Part shown: one piece after another, positions 1 to 12,100 of the stretch
Layout of the letters: each line of letters begins with the position of its first letter
Numbering within the stretch: the stretch's first letter is position 1
Assembly: GCF_026571515.1 (NCBI RefSeq)
Contig: NW_026854950.1
Span: 1-64,000, forward strand
Reading direction: 5' to 3'
DNA: 64,000 bases
DNA from: Ruditapes philippinarum
Taxonomy: Eukaryota
Program-made: the position numbers and the translations under genes
Notes under the pieces: generated by a model
The model's input: the letters and a program-made list of their open reading frames with translations, nothing else
Database searches by the model: none
Told to the model about the DNA's origin: nothing

Positions 1-68
1 GCGGTATACATATTTATTTCACAATCCATGGTCTTTTTATATCATTTTTTATCTTACAACGTTTTCAG

Positions 69-1143
69 CGTGTAATCAAGTGTTCACGTCTGCTGTCGGA
101 GAAGTGTCGTCTGTAAAATATCCAACAGGTGCTAGACGTGAAGACTCCACGTGTGAAATTTACATCGTTGGAACTCCTGGGAAACATATTGAGATGATTT
201 TCAATGAATTTGCAATGTCAGTGGATGGAAATGAATCATGTTTGCACGTAAGTATACATCCTATGTGAGTTTATCGGGACTTTATCTATCCCCTCTTAAA
301 GTATGTAACAAAAGGAATCAGCAAGTACACGTCTCTTGTTTATCATTATCTATTTATATTTGTGGCGGCCATAGCTTAGTGAGGTCCCGTGTATAAGTGC
401 TTAAACTCTTGGCACATTAAAGAACCAGGAGAAGTTTCTGACATTAGGGCATCTTTTTGTATCTTTCACAATCCTCCAAAATATAAAATGAGTAATACTC
501 TTCTGGAGGATTCGCCCATATGGGCAACCGGTGGCGAGTATGAATAAACTCAAATACAAATTGTATATCCAAATTATTCGCCTGGTCTTGCTCCACCAAA
601 CATATACCTATTTCTTACAGTCATTTTGATGATTTCAAACATGCAATTAAGAACTTTCTAAAGATTTAAGAAAAGTAACTCATTTTTTTATATAACGGTA
701 TTAAGACCTTAAACATCGCTGGGACATGCAGGAAAGATATCCATCAAAATTCAAATTCTTTCATTTAATGCTAACAACTTATTACGAACTCTTATTTTCA
801 TTTTGTTTACTGTCGGATTTTGCTTATATTTTGCATAAACAAACACAAAGTTTGATTACGTAAAGACTTGTTGAAATGAATTTGTAAATAAGATCTTCGG
901 AATAAAGTACCACGTTATTTTTTTCAATTTAAATCTATTCAAATACTAATTTAGACTGAAACCATGGTTTTTTGTTTTTGTTTTGTTTAGATAAAAGATA
1001 TAGATGCAGACGAAGAAGAGGTTTTCTGTGGACAATTGTCTCCCTTCATGTGGGAGTCACGTGGTTCTGACGTCAGAATTCAGTATGATCAGACTTCCGG
1101 TAATGGCGGATTTACTGCTTCGTACTCAGTGAAAGACATTTAA
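69..1143 (+). CDS. Last two coding exons of a CUB-domain protein (gene starts left of the window)
   Basis: Exon 69-247 (ttttcag| ... |gtaagt) reads CNQVFTSAVGEVSSVKYPT...TCEIYIVGTPGKHIEMIFNEF...ESCLH. Exon 991-1143 (tttgtttag|) reads IKDIDADEEEVFCGQLSPFMWESRGSDVRIQYDQTSGNGGFTASYSVKDI*. Together they match the CUB pattern (C..G.ISS..YP, C.W.I...G..I.L.F..F, FCG, GF.A.Y). Phase-0 junction is in frame. AATAAA at 1178-1183 and 1215-1220. Confidence 0.88.
363..560 (+). mobile_element. Internally deleted tRNA-derived SINE relic in the CUB intron
   Basis: Box-A-like start GGCGGCCATAGCTTAGTG, then GAGGTCCCGTGT...GCACATTAAAGAACC (resembles the Deu-SINE central domain, from memory), ending AATAAACTCAAATACAAAT. 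Confidence 0.4.
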
Positions 1144-1926
1144 AATATGAACTTTAGATAAATTATCGATTTGTGAAAATAAAACTGTTACCCGTGTTGC
1201 TAATGCTTACATAAAATAAATAGCCTTTATGTTTTTTTAAGTTTTCACGACAAAAGTGATGCCCTGCGTACACCGCCTCATCAAGTCATTCAGCACCTTT
1301 CATCTTCGAATTCGCTACGTTTCAATAGCCGTCAGAAAAAAAGTATATTCTTGATAATAAACTGTAGCTTTTCATTCTTAAAAAGAATACATTCAAGCAA
1401 AGGTGAATAAAGTGCTGATACAAACGTACTTATATACTAATGTGACTTTTCCTAGACAAAGTGTCTATTATGTTCTTCAGCAATAAAAAATAACATTTTT
1501 TTACACCAAAACATATACATAATTGATTATTTTGAATCATCTATGAAAGAGAGACCTTTTAATCAAATATTTTGTTCACAATGATATTTTGTTTTTGATT
1601 ATTTTGTCTTGAATTATCATAGTCTTTCTTGCCCTCATCTGTCATATTGCCTTGAAATGAAATAAAATTGTCAGCCATATCGAGTGATGTTTTTGTCTCC
1701 CCCTGTCTATACCGAATACGGTATTTAGTGTGGTGCTCCAAAACTTTTTTTAGCCTCACTATTTCTAGAAAGGGTGTTGCTTTCAACCGTCATCGCAAAA
1801 CTGACGAGCTGTTTAAACTGCCCTTTATCCATGGGGATTACTTTATTGTCAAATATGTTTAGGTAGATGGACAACAACAAACACACTCACTAAAAGAGAT
1901 AACAGTCGAGCTAAAAACTGGTGAAC

Positions 1927-3020
1927 AAAACAAGATCCACCGCCAGGCGGGGACCACGTTCGAATTTTTCTCACTTAAAAGTTTTATCACATTGAAGAAA
2001 GATTATTGCGCTTAAGAATATTCTCAGAAAAAAAATAACGGTCTTAAATTATAATTCGAATTTCATTTTTGCATTGTCGGTCACGGTCATTCAAAAGTTA
2101 AAGTCACGTTTGAATTAATCATCATTGTCAGTTTTGCCATAAGTGTTATTTTATCCAAGAATTAACAAAATCCATAAATAAATAACAAAGTTATGCAAAC
2201 TTAATACAATTTCAATAATTTCACATTGACGATAAATGTCAATATAAGGCTAAGGTCATTTCAGAATCATTTAACACGTCAGTATATTCAAATGTGTTCT
2301 TTTGTTCAAGTATAAATCAAATCTGTGAATAGACAACAAAGTTATGACTATTTAAACAAATGTTAATAATTTGACCTTTAAAGTTAAGATTAATTAGCGG
2401 TCAAGGTCATTTCAAAATAATTCAACATGGCAGTTTAGTCATATGTGTTCTTTTGTCCAAGTATAAAACAAATACTTAAAAAATAACAAACCTATGAAAG
2501 TTAAGCAAATTTCCATTATTAATTAAACATTGAAGGTCAAGGTTAAATAAAGATCAAGGTCATTTCCGAAGACATCATGCTGATTTTGTCATATGTGTTC
2601 TATTGTCCAAGTATGAATAAAATAACAAAGTTATGATAATTTGAGCAATTTTCAACAATTTGACCTTGAAGGTCAATGTAAATCGAAAGGTCAAGGACAT
2701 ATCAGAATAATGGATATATCAGAATAATTCTAATTTTAGTTTAGTTATGCGTTCTTTGGCCTAAGTATCAAATCTGTGAAAATATGACAAAGTTATGAAA
2801 ATGTCAGCAAATTTCAATAAGATATAATTACAAGAGTCTACATTGAAAGAAGTATTTACAAAATGATTTATTAATTGAAAAAAGTAAAACCATGTTCATA
2901 CAACCAAATTCCATATATTACTTACACACCGAATACTTAAATATATATTTGTATATGCAATTCTCTTGTATGATAGATCTATATATTTTGTTCAGGTTTT
3001 TTTTATGTCAGGGGATCAAC
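1927..3020. repeat. Helentron-associated satellite-like tandem array (~140-bp monomers); paralogous arrays at ~20312-21345, ~38998-39195 and ~40292-41310
   Basis: Repeated TTGACCTTGAAGGTCAAGGTCA / CATATGTGTTCTTTTGTCCAAGTAT / AATAACAAAGTTATG blocks. Assignment to Helentron non-autonomous elements is by resemblance to bivalve repeats. Confidence 0.7.
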
Positions 3021-3128
3021 ATGTATACGCGCTTGACAGAAGGTCTATAGTCAGTCTGTTTGCTTATGTTTCTGACAGCATCATTACTGATTTTACAAGT
3101 CCTTAAGATAAGTGAAGATGTCACACCA

Positions 3129-6100
3129 TCAGCAGGGTAGTCCCGTATTTTTATTTCCGTATCCAATTTCACATCCCCCTGTACACATCAGCTCCTCTCC
3201 CGTTGTAAACGTGGCATCCACGGCCAAGAAAAGGCAAGCAAGTCCTATCTCTCGGGGTTTACCTATTCTTTGAATAGTCTGAAATAATAGACTGGAAATA
3301 ACGTTTACTGCAATATTTTCCCGCTAAAAAATTCTAACATCGACTAAATCGTAATAAATCGGTCATTTCCGGAACGGTATTTGGTATTAAATATTTTTAA
3401 CCTGTTTATAAGGAATATGTGATTGTAAATAATCTAATAGCCAAGATTTTGAAAAAATAACGTCCCGAAGAAAAAAAACCAAAAAAAAAACGATTTGCTG
3501 CGATATTGGCAGAGGTAAAGATGCTTTTGCGGCAAAGCATTGCAATATGGCTACAAGACATAGTAAGAAACACTGATTAATCCATATTTCTAGTTAATAA
3601 GATTAAGCTGAAATTTAACTGTTGTATAATTCACATGCCCTCCTTATAATGTACCATTGTCAAATAAAAAGAATGAAGGATTAAAATTTTAAAAAGACAA
3701 AACAAAAACTGAAAGCGTTGATGGTTTTATTTGACATGAGAATGACCGGACAGCGACAGGAAGTATTGTCTACAGAAGGTGGAAAACACGTCATCGAGTC
3801 TGATATGCCGTTATTAATGCAGGCCTCACACTGTCAGGACATTGACACAAGATGGACATAAGAATATGAAATTTTTAATATCGTGCGAAGATAGCCCCGA
3901 AATTGGTCGACAGTCTCTCAACTGCCGAAACAAGTACGATTCCTACAGAAGGTCACGCGATCGCATCAGAACCACACACGATTCTTACCGAAGGTCAGGC
4001 GATCGCATCCGATACACACACGAAGTCACCTAAAAGATGCAATTTTTTACAAAGTAGTTTACGAGCAGGACACGCGAAGGTCACACGATATGTTCCCGAC
4101 GTCGTATTATGAGTACGATGCCTTCGTACGTGGTTACGAAGGCGTCAAGTGACCTTCACCTCCGGATGGTATACAACCCATGCCAACCGCGGCATACTTC
4201 AGTTGCAGATAGTATTGGGAGCTAATTTAACTACGTTTAGACTTTATTCTGACTCTTCATATTACTATCAAAAACAATTGTATTCACACAAAAATCTATG
4301 ATAAAAGTGATGACTTTGATTATGATATAGTAAACTATTCACATTTATAAGGAGACGTACTGCATGCATCATCTGACGGGGTATATGTATCTCAGTAAAT
4401 TAGATTCGCTAGAGCTTTTAGCAAAGTGAAGGATTTTTGCAAGCTAAATATTTTTATTACTAGCAAGCTACTCAAACAGGGCTACCGCTACTATAAATAC
4501 GTAGATATTTAACAAAATTTAACAATCGTAACTTTGATTTAATCTCAAAATTCAGTAGTGATTCAAAAATGATTTAATTGAGATGTTATTTACAAACTTC
4601 GCAAGGTCTTTGGTCATTGTTGCCTTAACTAAAATTATTAACAGTTTAACCAAAAGAGGTTTTGACTCTACTTTTTTAGATATACCGCATGCTTAGTGTT
4701 CAACACTTAAAAAGTTGGTCCTTTCCTCTTTTGAATACATCTGACGGACCAATTGGATTTCTCTATGATGGACAGTTCTTAATGCCCTTTTGGACTGAAT
4801 TGTTTTAATGTTCGTCTTCTGCCTTGCTTCGTCGGGCCCTTGTTGGTGATTTTTTTGTTACTCTGTCTTCCTTTAAAGTATTGAGTACTTTTGTTACTGT
4901 CATATGGGTATTCATTTATATGTACATGTATCTACATTATCATCTCGGTGTTTTACTTATTTTACCTTTTGAAACCATAACAACTGTTATAAATTTACTT
5001 GGCGGGGATTCATTTTATTTACACCATCTCGTTTATAGGAACATCGTGGGCTAAGAGTGATGTTTGGTGCACTATTAACCGGTTTAAACTCCCCATCAGT
5101 GCTAATGCTGCTGACCGGTGCAAGGCGGCGCCCCTTTTTCTCAGATGCATGTCTTTGTTATTTTATACTGTTTTGGTGACACTTTTGTCGGCTTCCCTCG
5201 TTGTTTTCACGTCTACGGTAAGTATTTGCCCTTTTGCCCCTAGTTTTATTTATTTAATGAATCAATCATTTATTTGTTTTCTTTGATTTCTTTGTCGTTT
5301 ACCATTATTTCGTCTTATGTATCATTTAAGTGATAAGCCTATCCGTGGTCTACCTTGCGCCCTGTTCGTTTTTCTGGGGTCCTTTTGTGTTACTTGGTTC
5401 TTGTTGCTTGGTTGTGTGGGGGTCGCGTTCATTGAACGTTGCCTTTCCTTGTTGATATTGTTTATCATATTTGATAAAACTTTATCATACCACCCAAAGT
5501 GGGCCTGTGGGCTTCATTATGTTTTTTAAGGTGTCTTAAAAGTAACAATGCTGCTGCCTTCTTTTTTTCGGTTGACTCATCATCAAAGCATGTAATTCTG
5601 CAGAAAATAAACTGAAAATAATTGTAAATTAATTGCAAATAATGGAAGCTTTTGATGTCTCTGTAGAGATGTGCAAGAGTGACAGATGAGGAAGATGGTC
5701 TAGCCGTTTAACTGTCCACCATGATAAACATGCAACGCTTGAGCCACTAAAAATTGCTTTCTTCGGCCTCATCGTAGTCCCATCTCGATGACATCGTACC
5801 AAAATACGATGGTGACACGACAGTATTGCGGGGGCTTCACGTAGTCGTGTTCCCTTCTTTAGACTGTAGGTAATCTTCGTGTTTATTTCGTAGTGTCTTC
5901 CTGAGGCTAAACATGCTTGATTGCACCGATAATCACAAGAAAGGACGAAGACTACACGAATCGACAAGATGGCTTCACGACGGCCTTACGAAGGGCAATA
6001 TTGCCATACGAATTAAACACGAAAATGAACCTTTGCAATGTCTTCGGGCAATTTTTTTGGCATGCCAAAGATTTTGGAATCGCTCACAAAGTTGCTGCCA

Positions 6101-9100
6101 GGGCTTGTAATATTAAGCCGGGGATCATACGATGGAAAAAGATGCCCTCACGAATGGCACGATGTTATTACGATCAGACCCGAATTTGAACATTTCCTTA
6201 TTCGTGTGTCCATCTGATGCCAAATTCGGGACAGTGTGACGCCTGCATTAAAGTTGTACTGCACAGCAAAACAATGAAATCAGTTTCGTAACAGTGACAC
6301 ATAAAACAACATGTTGGCGTTAGGAAATCTGATTTGTAGCATAAATCAGATATGTTATCCACATCTTTGTTTGTTTGTTTGTTTTGGGTTTTACGTCACA
6401 TCGACACAGTATAGGTCATATCGCGACGTTCCAGCTTTACTGGTAGAGGAAGACCTCAGGTGCCATTCCGTGCACGAAGGGGTACCTGAGTAGAACCACC
6501 GACGTTCCGTAAGCTAGCTGGATAGCTTCCTCACATGAAAGAATCCAAAGTCCCTGTCGGGATTCGAACCCACAGAGGTGAGGCGCAAGTGGTTTGAAGT
6601 CAACGACCTTAACCACTCGGCCACGGACGCCCCTCTTATCCACATCTCTTGTATCTATAATTATATCTGCATGAATGTATCATTCAACTTACATGACAAC
6701 TTTCCAGCGTTGCAATAGTCTCCTTCGGCCAAACCTCGCGTAGTAATGGTGTTTCTATAGCCCCTGGAGCAATACTAGAATAAAAGTACGCATAACAATT
6801 CAGAATTTAAAGCAACATGCCTCCAGATTCATGCTTATTTTCATGACAATTTCTAAAATGTATTTAATAAGTGAGCAAAGACAATAATTTACACATTGTG
6901 AAGAACACTTGCAACCCTATAGGATACCAAAACAGGTCAAAATAAGCAAAAATAGCGCTTACTACGTTCGTAACGCAGTAGAAATATGGTATCCCACACC
7001 ACATGTACATTATTACCTGAATCTTAAATCTTTTTCACTTTTCTTTAAATTATAGTACATTTTACTAGCGTTTAATTTTCTTGAAATATTTTGGCTGCTT
7101 TATTCAAAATGAACTATTTTACTTTACATGAACATCAAATAATACTATAGTTTTGATGCGTGAATTATTTGCTGTAGATATATTACACGGTAGGTATATG
7201 AAGCCAATGTCACGAGTATTATATTCGCCTCATTCTGTTGTGTATTACATTTATCGGACATGACGTCATTTTTATTGAACTTTGCTTTGCTATCGTCAGT
7301 TTATGAAAAAAGTGCAAAATAAATAAGATCTTACAAAAGAAGTATTTGGACCATCAAAATAGGGAATATATTTCTTTACAGTGAATGAATGCATTCACTT
7401 TTTTAGAATGAAGAATTCATAACTTACGAGTTCACTCTCACTCCATACTTGGCCTCGTCAATAGCCAGTGCTTTTGTCAGTGCTTTCACGCCACCCTTTA
7501 ATTAAGAAAACTCAAATATAAGACAACTCAAATACGTACGTCATTATATAGTTTTATTGAACGAATATATATATACGAGTATAATTTACAAAATGTAGAA
7601 AAAATGGTAACATATGAAAAAGAACATTAAGCTTGTTTTAGCATTGCTTTAACAAATCACTAAGCTGGCTTAGTTCCGATACCGTGTTCCGCGATGGTAC
7701 AATGGTGATTACGCGATTGCATTATGGTGCAAACGTGATGGTACGATGGTGATGACGCGATGGTACAATGATAAAAACTCGATATTACATCGCGTTTCCA
7801 CCACCGTACCATCGCAACATCGCTATTTCACCCTCGTACCATCGTGTTTTATCATCGTGCCATCGAACCATCGCGTTTTCAACCGCCTCCGTGGTCGAGG
7901 GGTTAGAGTCGATGACTTCTAATTCAGTTACCTCTCTGGCGTGGGTTCGATCCCCGGGAGATGCTTTGGTAGTTTAGCGCGGAGGAAGGTAGTCTAGTAC
8001 TGGTGTAACTCTCCAGGAACGATGGTTAGGAAACTACCCCCCTAAATGACTGAAATACTGTTGGAAAAAGGCGTAAAATGAAACAAACAAACAAACAAAC
8101 TATTGCACGCTCGTGCATCGCCAGTCAGGACGAAATAAAAAAAAACACGATTGTCAAAACGGAACACCGTATTTGTAATTATGAATTGAATTTCTTTTCA
8201 AGAAATGTGTGATTTGTTATATGCAATTATTTATCATAATGTTAAAGCGAATTGGTCTATAACGGAAGATGTGCTATACCGTAAATAATTATAGTGAAAG
8301 TATTTAGTATTAAGCATAATAAGGAACCACGAAAGAATAATTCATATATGTTGTTGGAAAGTGTGACATTCATGATCCAATATAACATATCTATACAGTA
8401 CAGAGCAGATAGATCAAAGTATAATTATACATTATATTATAAATATAAAGATAATTAATTGTTCTAGAAAATTGTTCTAGAAAAACCTATTACTTTTCAT
8501 CATAGACTAATAAATGTTCATACTAAATAACTTAGGACTTTATCAAAATTTTTGGAAAAGAAATATTTCAAAGGAACATCCGAATAATACATTTCCATTG
8601 TTTGTATCAATGCTAGAAACAATTATGTTAATTGCACCCCTTGTAAACCAATTCACTTTATTAAAAACTTACTTTTGTAGCGCAGTAAGTTGTTGAATTC
8701 TTGAATGCAGCATTGGCACTGATACTTGATATGTTAACAATTGAGCCCTTTGTTTTTCGTAGATATGGGAGCGCATACTTAAAAAAGAAGACAATATAAA
8801 CTTTCAAATATGTAACATCGCTTTTCATTGGATAATCGTGATATTTTTATATAATCTATATACACGACTGCTGTCAATTTATGAAGTAATGTTAGATTTT
8901 TTCTCAAATAATGTTATTCTGCCATACTGTATCGTAATAAAGATGCCTAACACGTTATATGGCCTAGTGAGTCGGGTTATATAAGCTTATAACGTCTTCA
9001 CTTAACCATATAACCTGTCTAATAAAATACAGGCATACACTTATGGAAAATATGATACATTATTGAAGGCTATGATCTAAATATAGGTATCACCTCGGTC

Positions 9101-12100
9101 AATATGTCATCTGCCGGTGAATATCACATCATATTCAAATATAGCTATACATGTATGTGTACGATAACCTACCACACATAAAATCTCTTCTTGTATATTT
9201 GATAATGGTCATTGCTTTCTTGTAAATGTCTAAATGTTTACATCTGTTTTGATAACCTACCCTGCTTATCTTTTAAAACCTTCCCTTGACTATCTACCTT
9301 GCTTATATGACTGACGTTGCTCGGCTACTTACAAAATAATATAAATATGAAAACCTGCTGTTGCCTAAATAAAAACCTGTCATTGCTTATATGAAATCTA
9401 CCGTTACGTATATGATCACCTGCCGTTGATAACATAGAAATCTATCACTGCTTATATGTAAACCTGTCATTGCTTATATGAAAATCTGCCGTTGCTTATA
9501 TAATAATCTGTCATTGCTTATAAGATCATTTGTTGGTGCTTATATAATAACCACCCGTCGTTTTACTTGCTTACATGAAAATTTGAAGAAGCTTATATGA
9601 TAATCTGCGTACATAATAATATGAAAATCGGACGTTACTTAAATGAAAACCCGTTGTTGCCAAAAAAGCCTTCCATTGCTTAAATGAAAACCTGCCGTTA
9701 CCTATACATATCATAATCTGCCGTTGCTTATATGATCATTTGCCGTTGCTTATACAAAACAGCGATTGCTTATATGAAAACGCAATTTAAACCTTTTTTG
9801 ATTACATACAGATGAATATCTCTTTATGATATGTCATATTATATGTATATATCATTCTATATGTGACTGATGCCTCTAAGAGGCCCAGCATTTTCAATAA
9901 ACTGTTTAAACTGATATCTAATTTGTTCACGTGATAACATACCGAAATTACATGGAAAACTAACCTTGCTTGCAGTAAAATTACTAATTAAATTATCCTC
10001 TAATAGGTCCCGGAAGTTTTGTACAGATATCTCGTCAATACTTTTTGGACCATAATCTGAAAAAAAATCAGGTCAAAGGTCAATCAGTTTTCATCATATT
10101 TTTCAGTTTAGAATAAAAATCTTAATTTAGATCTTACAAAGTATTTCAATAATCAATTCTTTAAAAGCCCTATTTTGTTTATATAAAAATTCAAAAAGTT
10201 ATACATTTCAAATACCGAATATAATTAAATCGTAATTAAAAAAGAAATTGTAAGGAAAATGATGACCAAGGGTTAACGGGGTAAGTGATGGTGTCTAATT
10301 GCTTAAAGCGACGATCAAATGCTCTGGTTGCAAAAATGGCGGACAAAAAAGCTTTTTGGAGTCAATGGGGCAATTTTGTTTGCTTTGAAAAAGCATTTAT
10401 CACTTTATAAAAGAACGTAAAAAATAGCGATCGTCCTTTCGCATAAAATGTAAAACATATGCTCACGGACAGCTACCACCACCAACACAGCCACACCGGA
10501 CCACCGGAAAAGTTATCTAAAAAAAGATCCTCACGCAAAAGATTCAACGAAAAGTCTAAAAGTCACGGCCCTGATTCGAAATGTGCAAAAGAATGGAAAA
10601 ATGAAGTGCAGCCATTCAATCAAATCTAAATTAAAGCGTTTGTGTGAGCACTTTTTGTTTTGTTTTCATTTTTGTTGCAAATAAATGAAGCACTCAGAAA
10701 GGAGGGAAAGTGGACCTTATTAATATTCGGAAACTAAACCCCGCCTTCTATGGAATGTTTATGGAGCACTCAGAAGGGAGGGAAAATGGACCTTATTGAT
10801 CAATATTCGGTAACTAAATCCCGCCCACTATGGAATGCTGAAGGGAGGGAAAATAGACCTTACTAATTACTATTCGGAAACTAAACCTCGAACACTATGG
10901 AATGATTATGATGATATAAATACTTTGGGCAAAACAGATTTGCTATACGGCATACGACTGAACTGTTTCTTTGCATATCCAGTTTGAACAAAACTAAATA
11001 TTTTGTGCATTCATAGCTCCACTAAGGTGAAAAAGCCTGAAACACAAAAGTTGACATTCCTACATAGATTGAGTCATGCATTTATAATATACAAAATAAA
11101 GTAATTAACTCAGAATTTCTTTTCTTTTTGATGCGATTTTTAGTCTGATTGAATGAAAAGCACTGCAACATTTTTCATTTTTGTCTCAAATGGTACACAA
11201 AACTCGGATAAATATTTCCAGTCACATACAGTCGTAAAAAGACCTAAGTCGACCTGGAAATCGATCCTGAGTCGCCCGATTCACAGTCCAACGCTCTACC
11301 CATTGAGCTAACCGGACAACCTAAAGTTGGTCTTTCCTTTAAAACACTACCTATATATTCATATTGTGACATCCTTTAGTGTGTAGAATTTTATATAATA
11401 TTTGTACTTTGTGTGAAGTCAAAACATGTTTATTTCATATTTACAAAGATACTATGTAGCAAATACTGGCAATTTTCAAATCTGAGCAAACTATATCAAC
11501 AACTCAGTATATGTATCTTTATCGTCTTTTCCAGAATTTTCCATTTAAAGAGCATAACTTTATCGATGCAAGAATTTCAAACTTAATGTTTTTTTGGACT
11601 TGTTGACCACAAGCCCCGTCCGACTTGCACACTGAAAAAATCAAGGACATAAGAGAGATATGCATTAGCTGTTGGCGGCAATTGATTTTACCCCTGCAAA
11701 CAGTGCAGACCAGAAATCAGTCGGCACATCCGGGTCATCTGATAATGGTATGCAGGCCTGTACTGTACGTTATTTAGTCACTTTTATAACCCACCCGCCC
11801 CCGAAAGTTAATGAATGGTCTTGTCCACGATATGAGATGGACGAGTCTATTTAACATAATTATCTAGCATGATATTAACTTTGTTTTTCCGATTTCCCCC
11901 GGTAGGTAATAAATGGCCTTGACCAGGATAAAAGATTGGCGAGTCCATTTAACATATTTAGCATGGAACTTGTACTTACAGCAACCAACATTGTTCACAA
12001 GGCAGTCAATTTTACCCAGCTTCTTCACGGTTTCTTCCACGCAATTCTGTAGACCAAAAACAATAAAAGTATCAATGAGCCAAATAAAACATTAAAAACT

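Noticed and set aside
4700-5130. Hammerhead ribozyme in the Penelope-like 3' region
   Set aside because: I could not find a CTGANGA...GAAA core with supporting stems by eye. A covariance-model search would be needed.
6367-6643. tRNA genes or small ORFs at 6437-6643, 29634-29863 and 7768-7977
   Set aside because: The tRNA-like heads continue into SINE bodies with tails and, mostly, TSDs. The ORFs are incidental.
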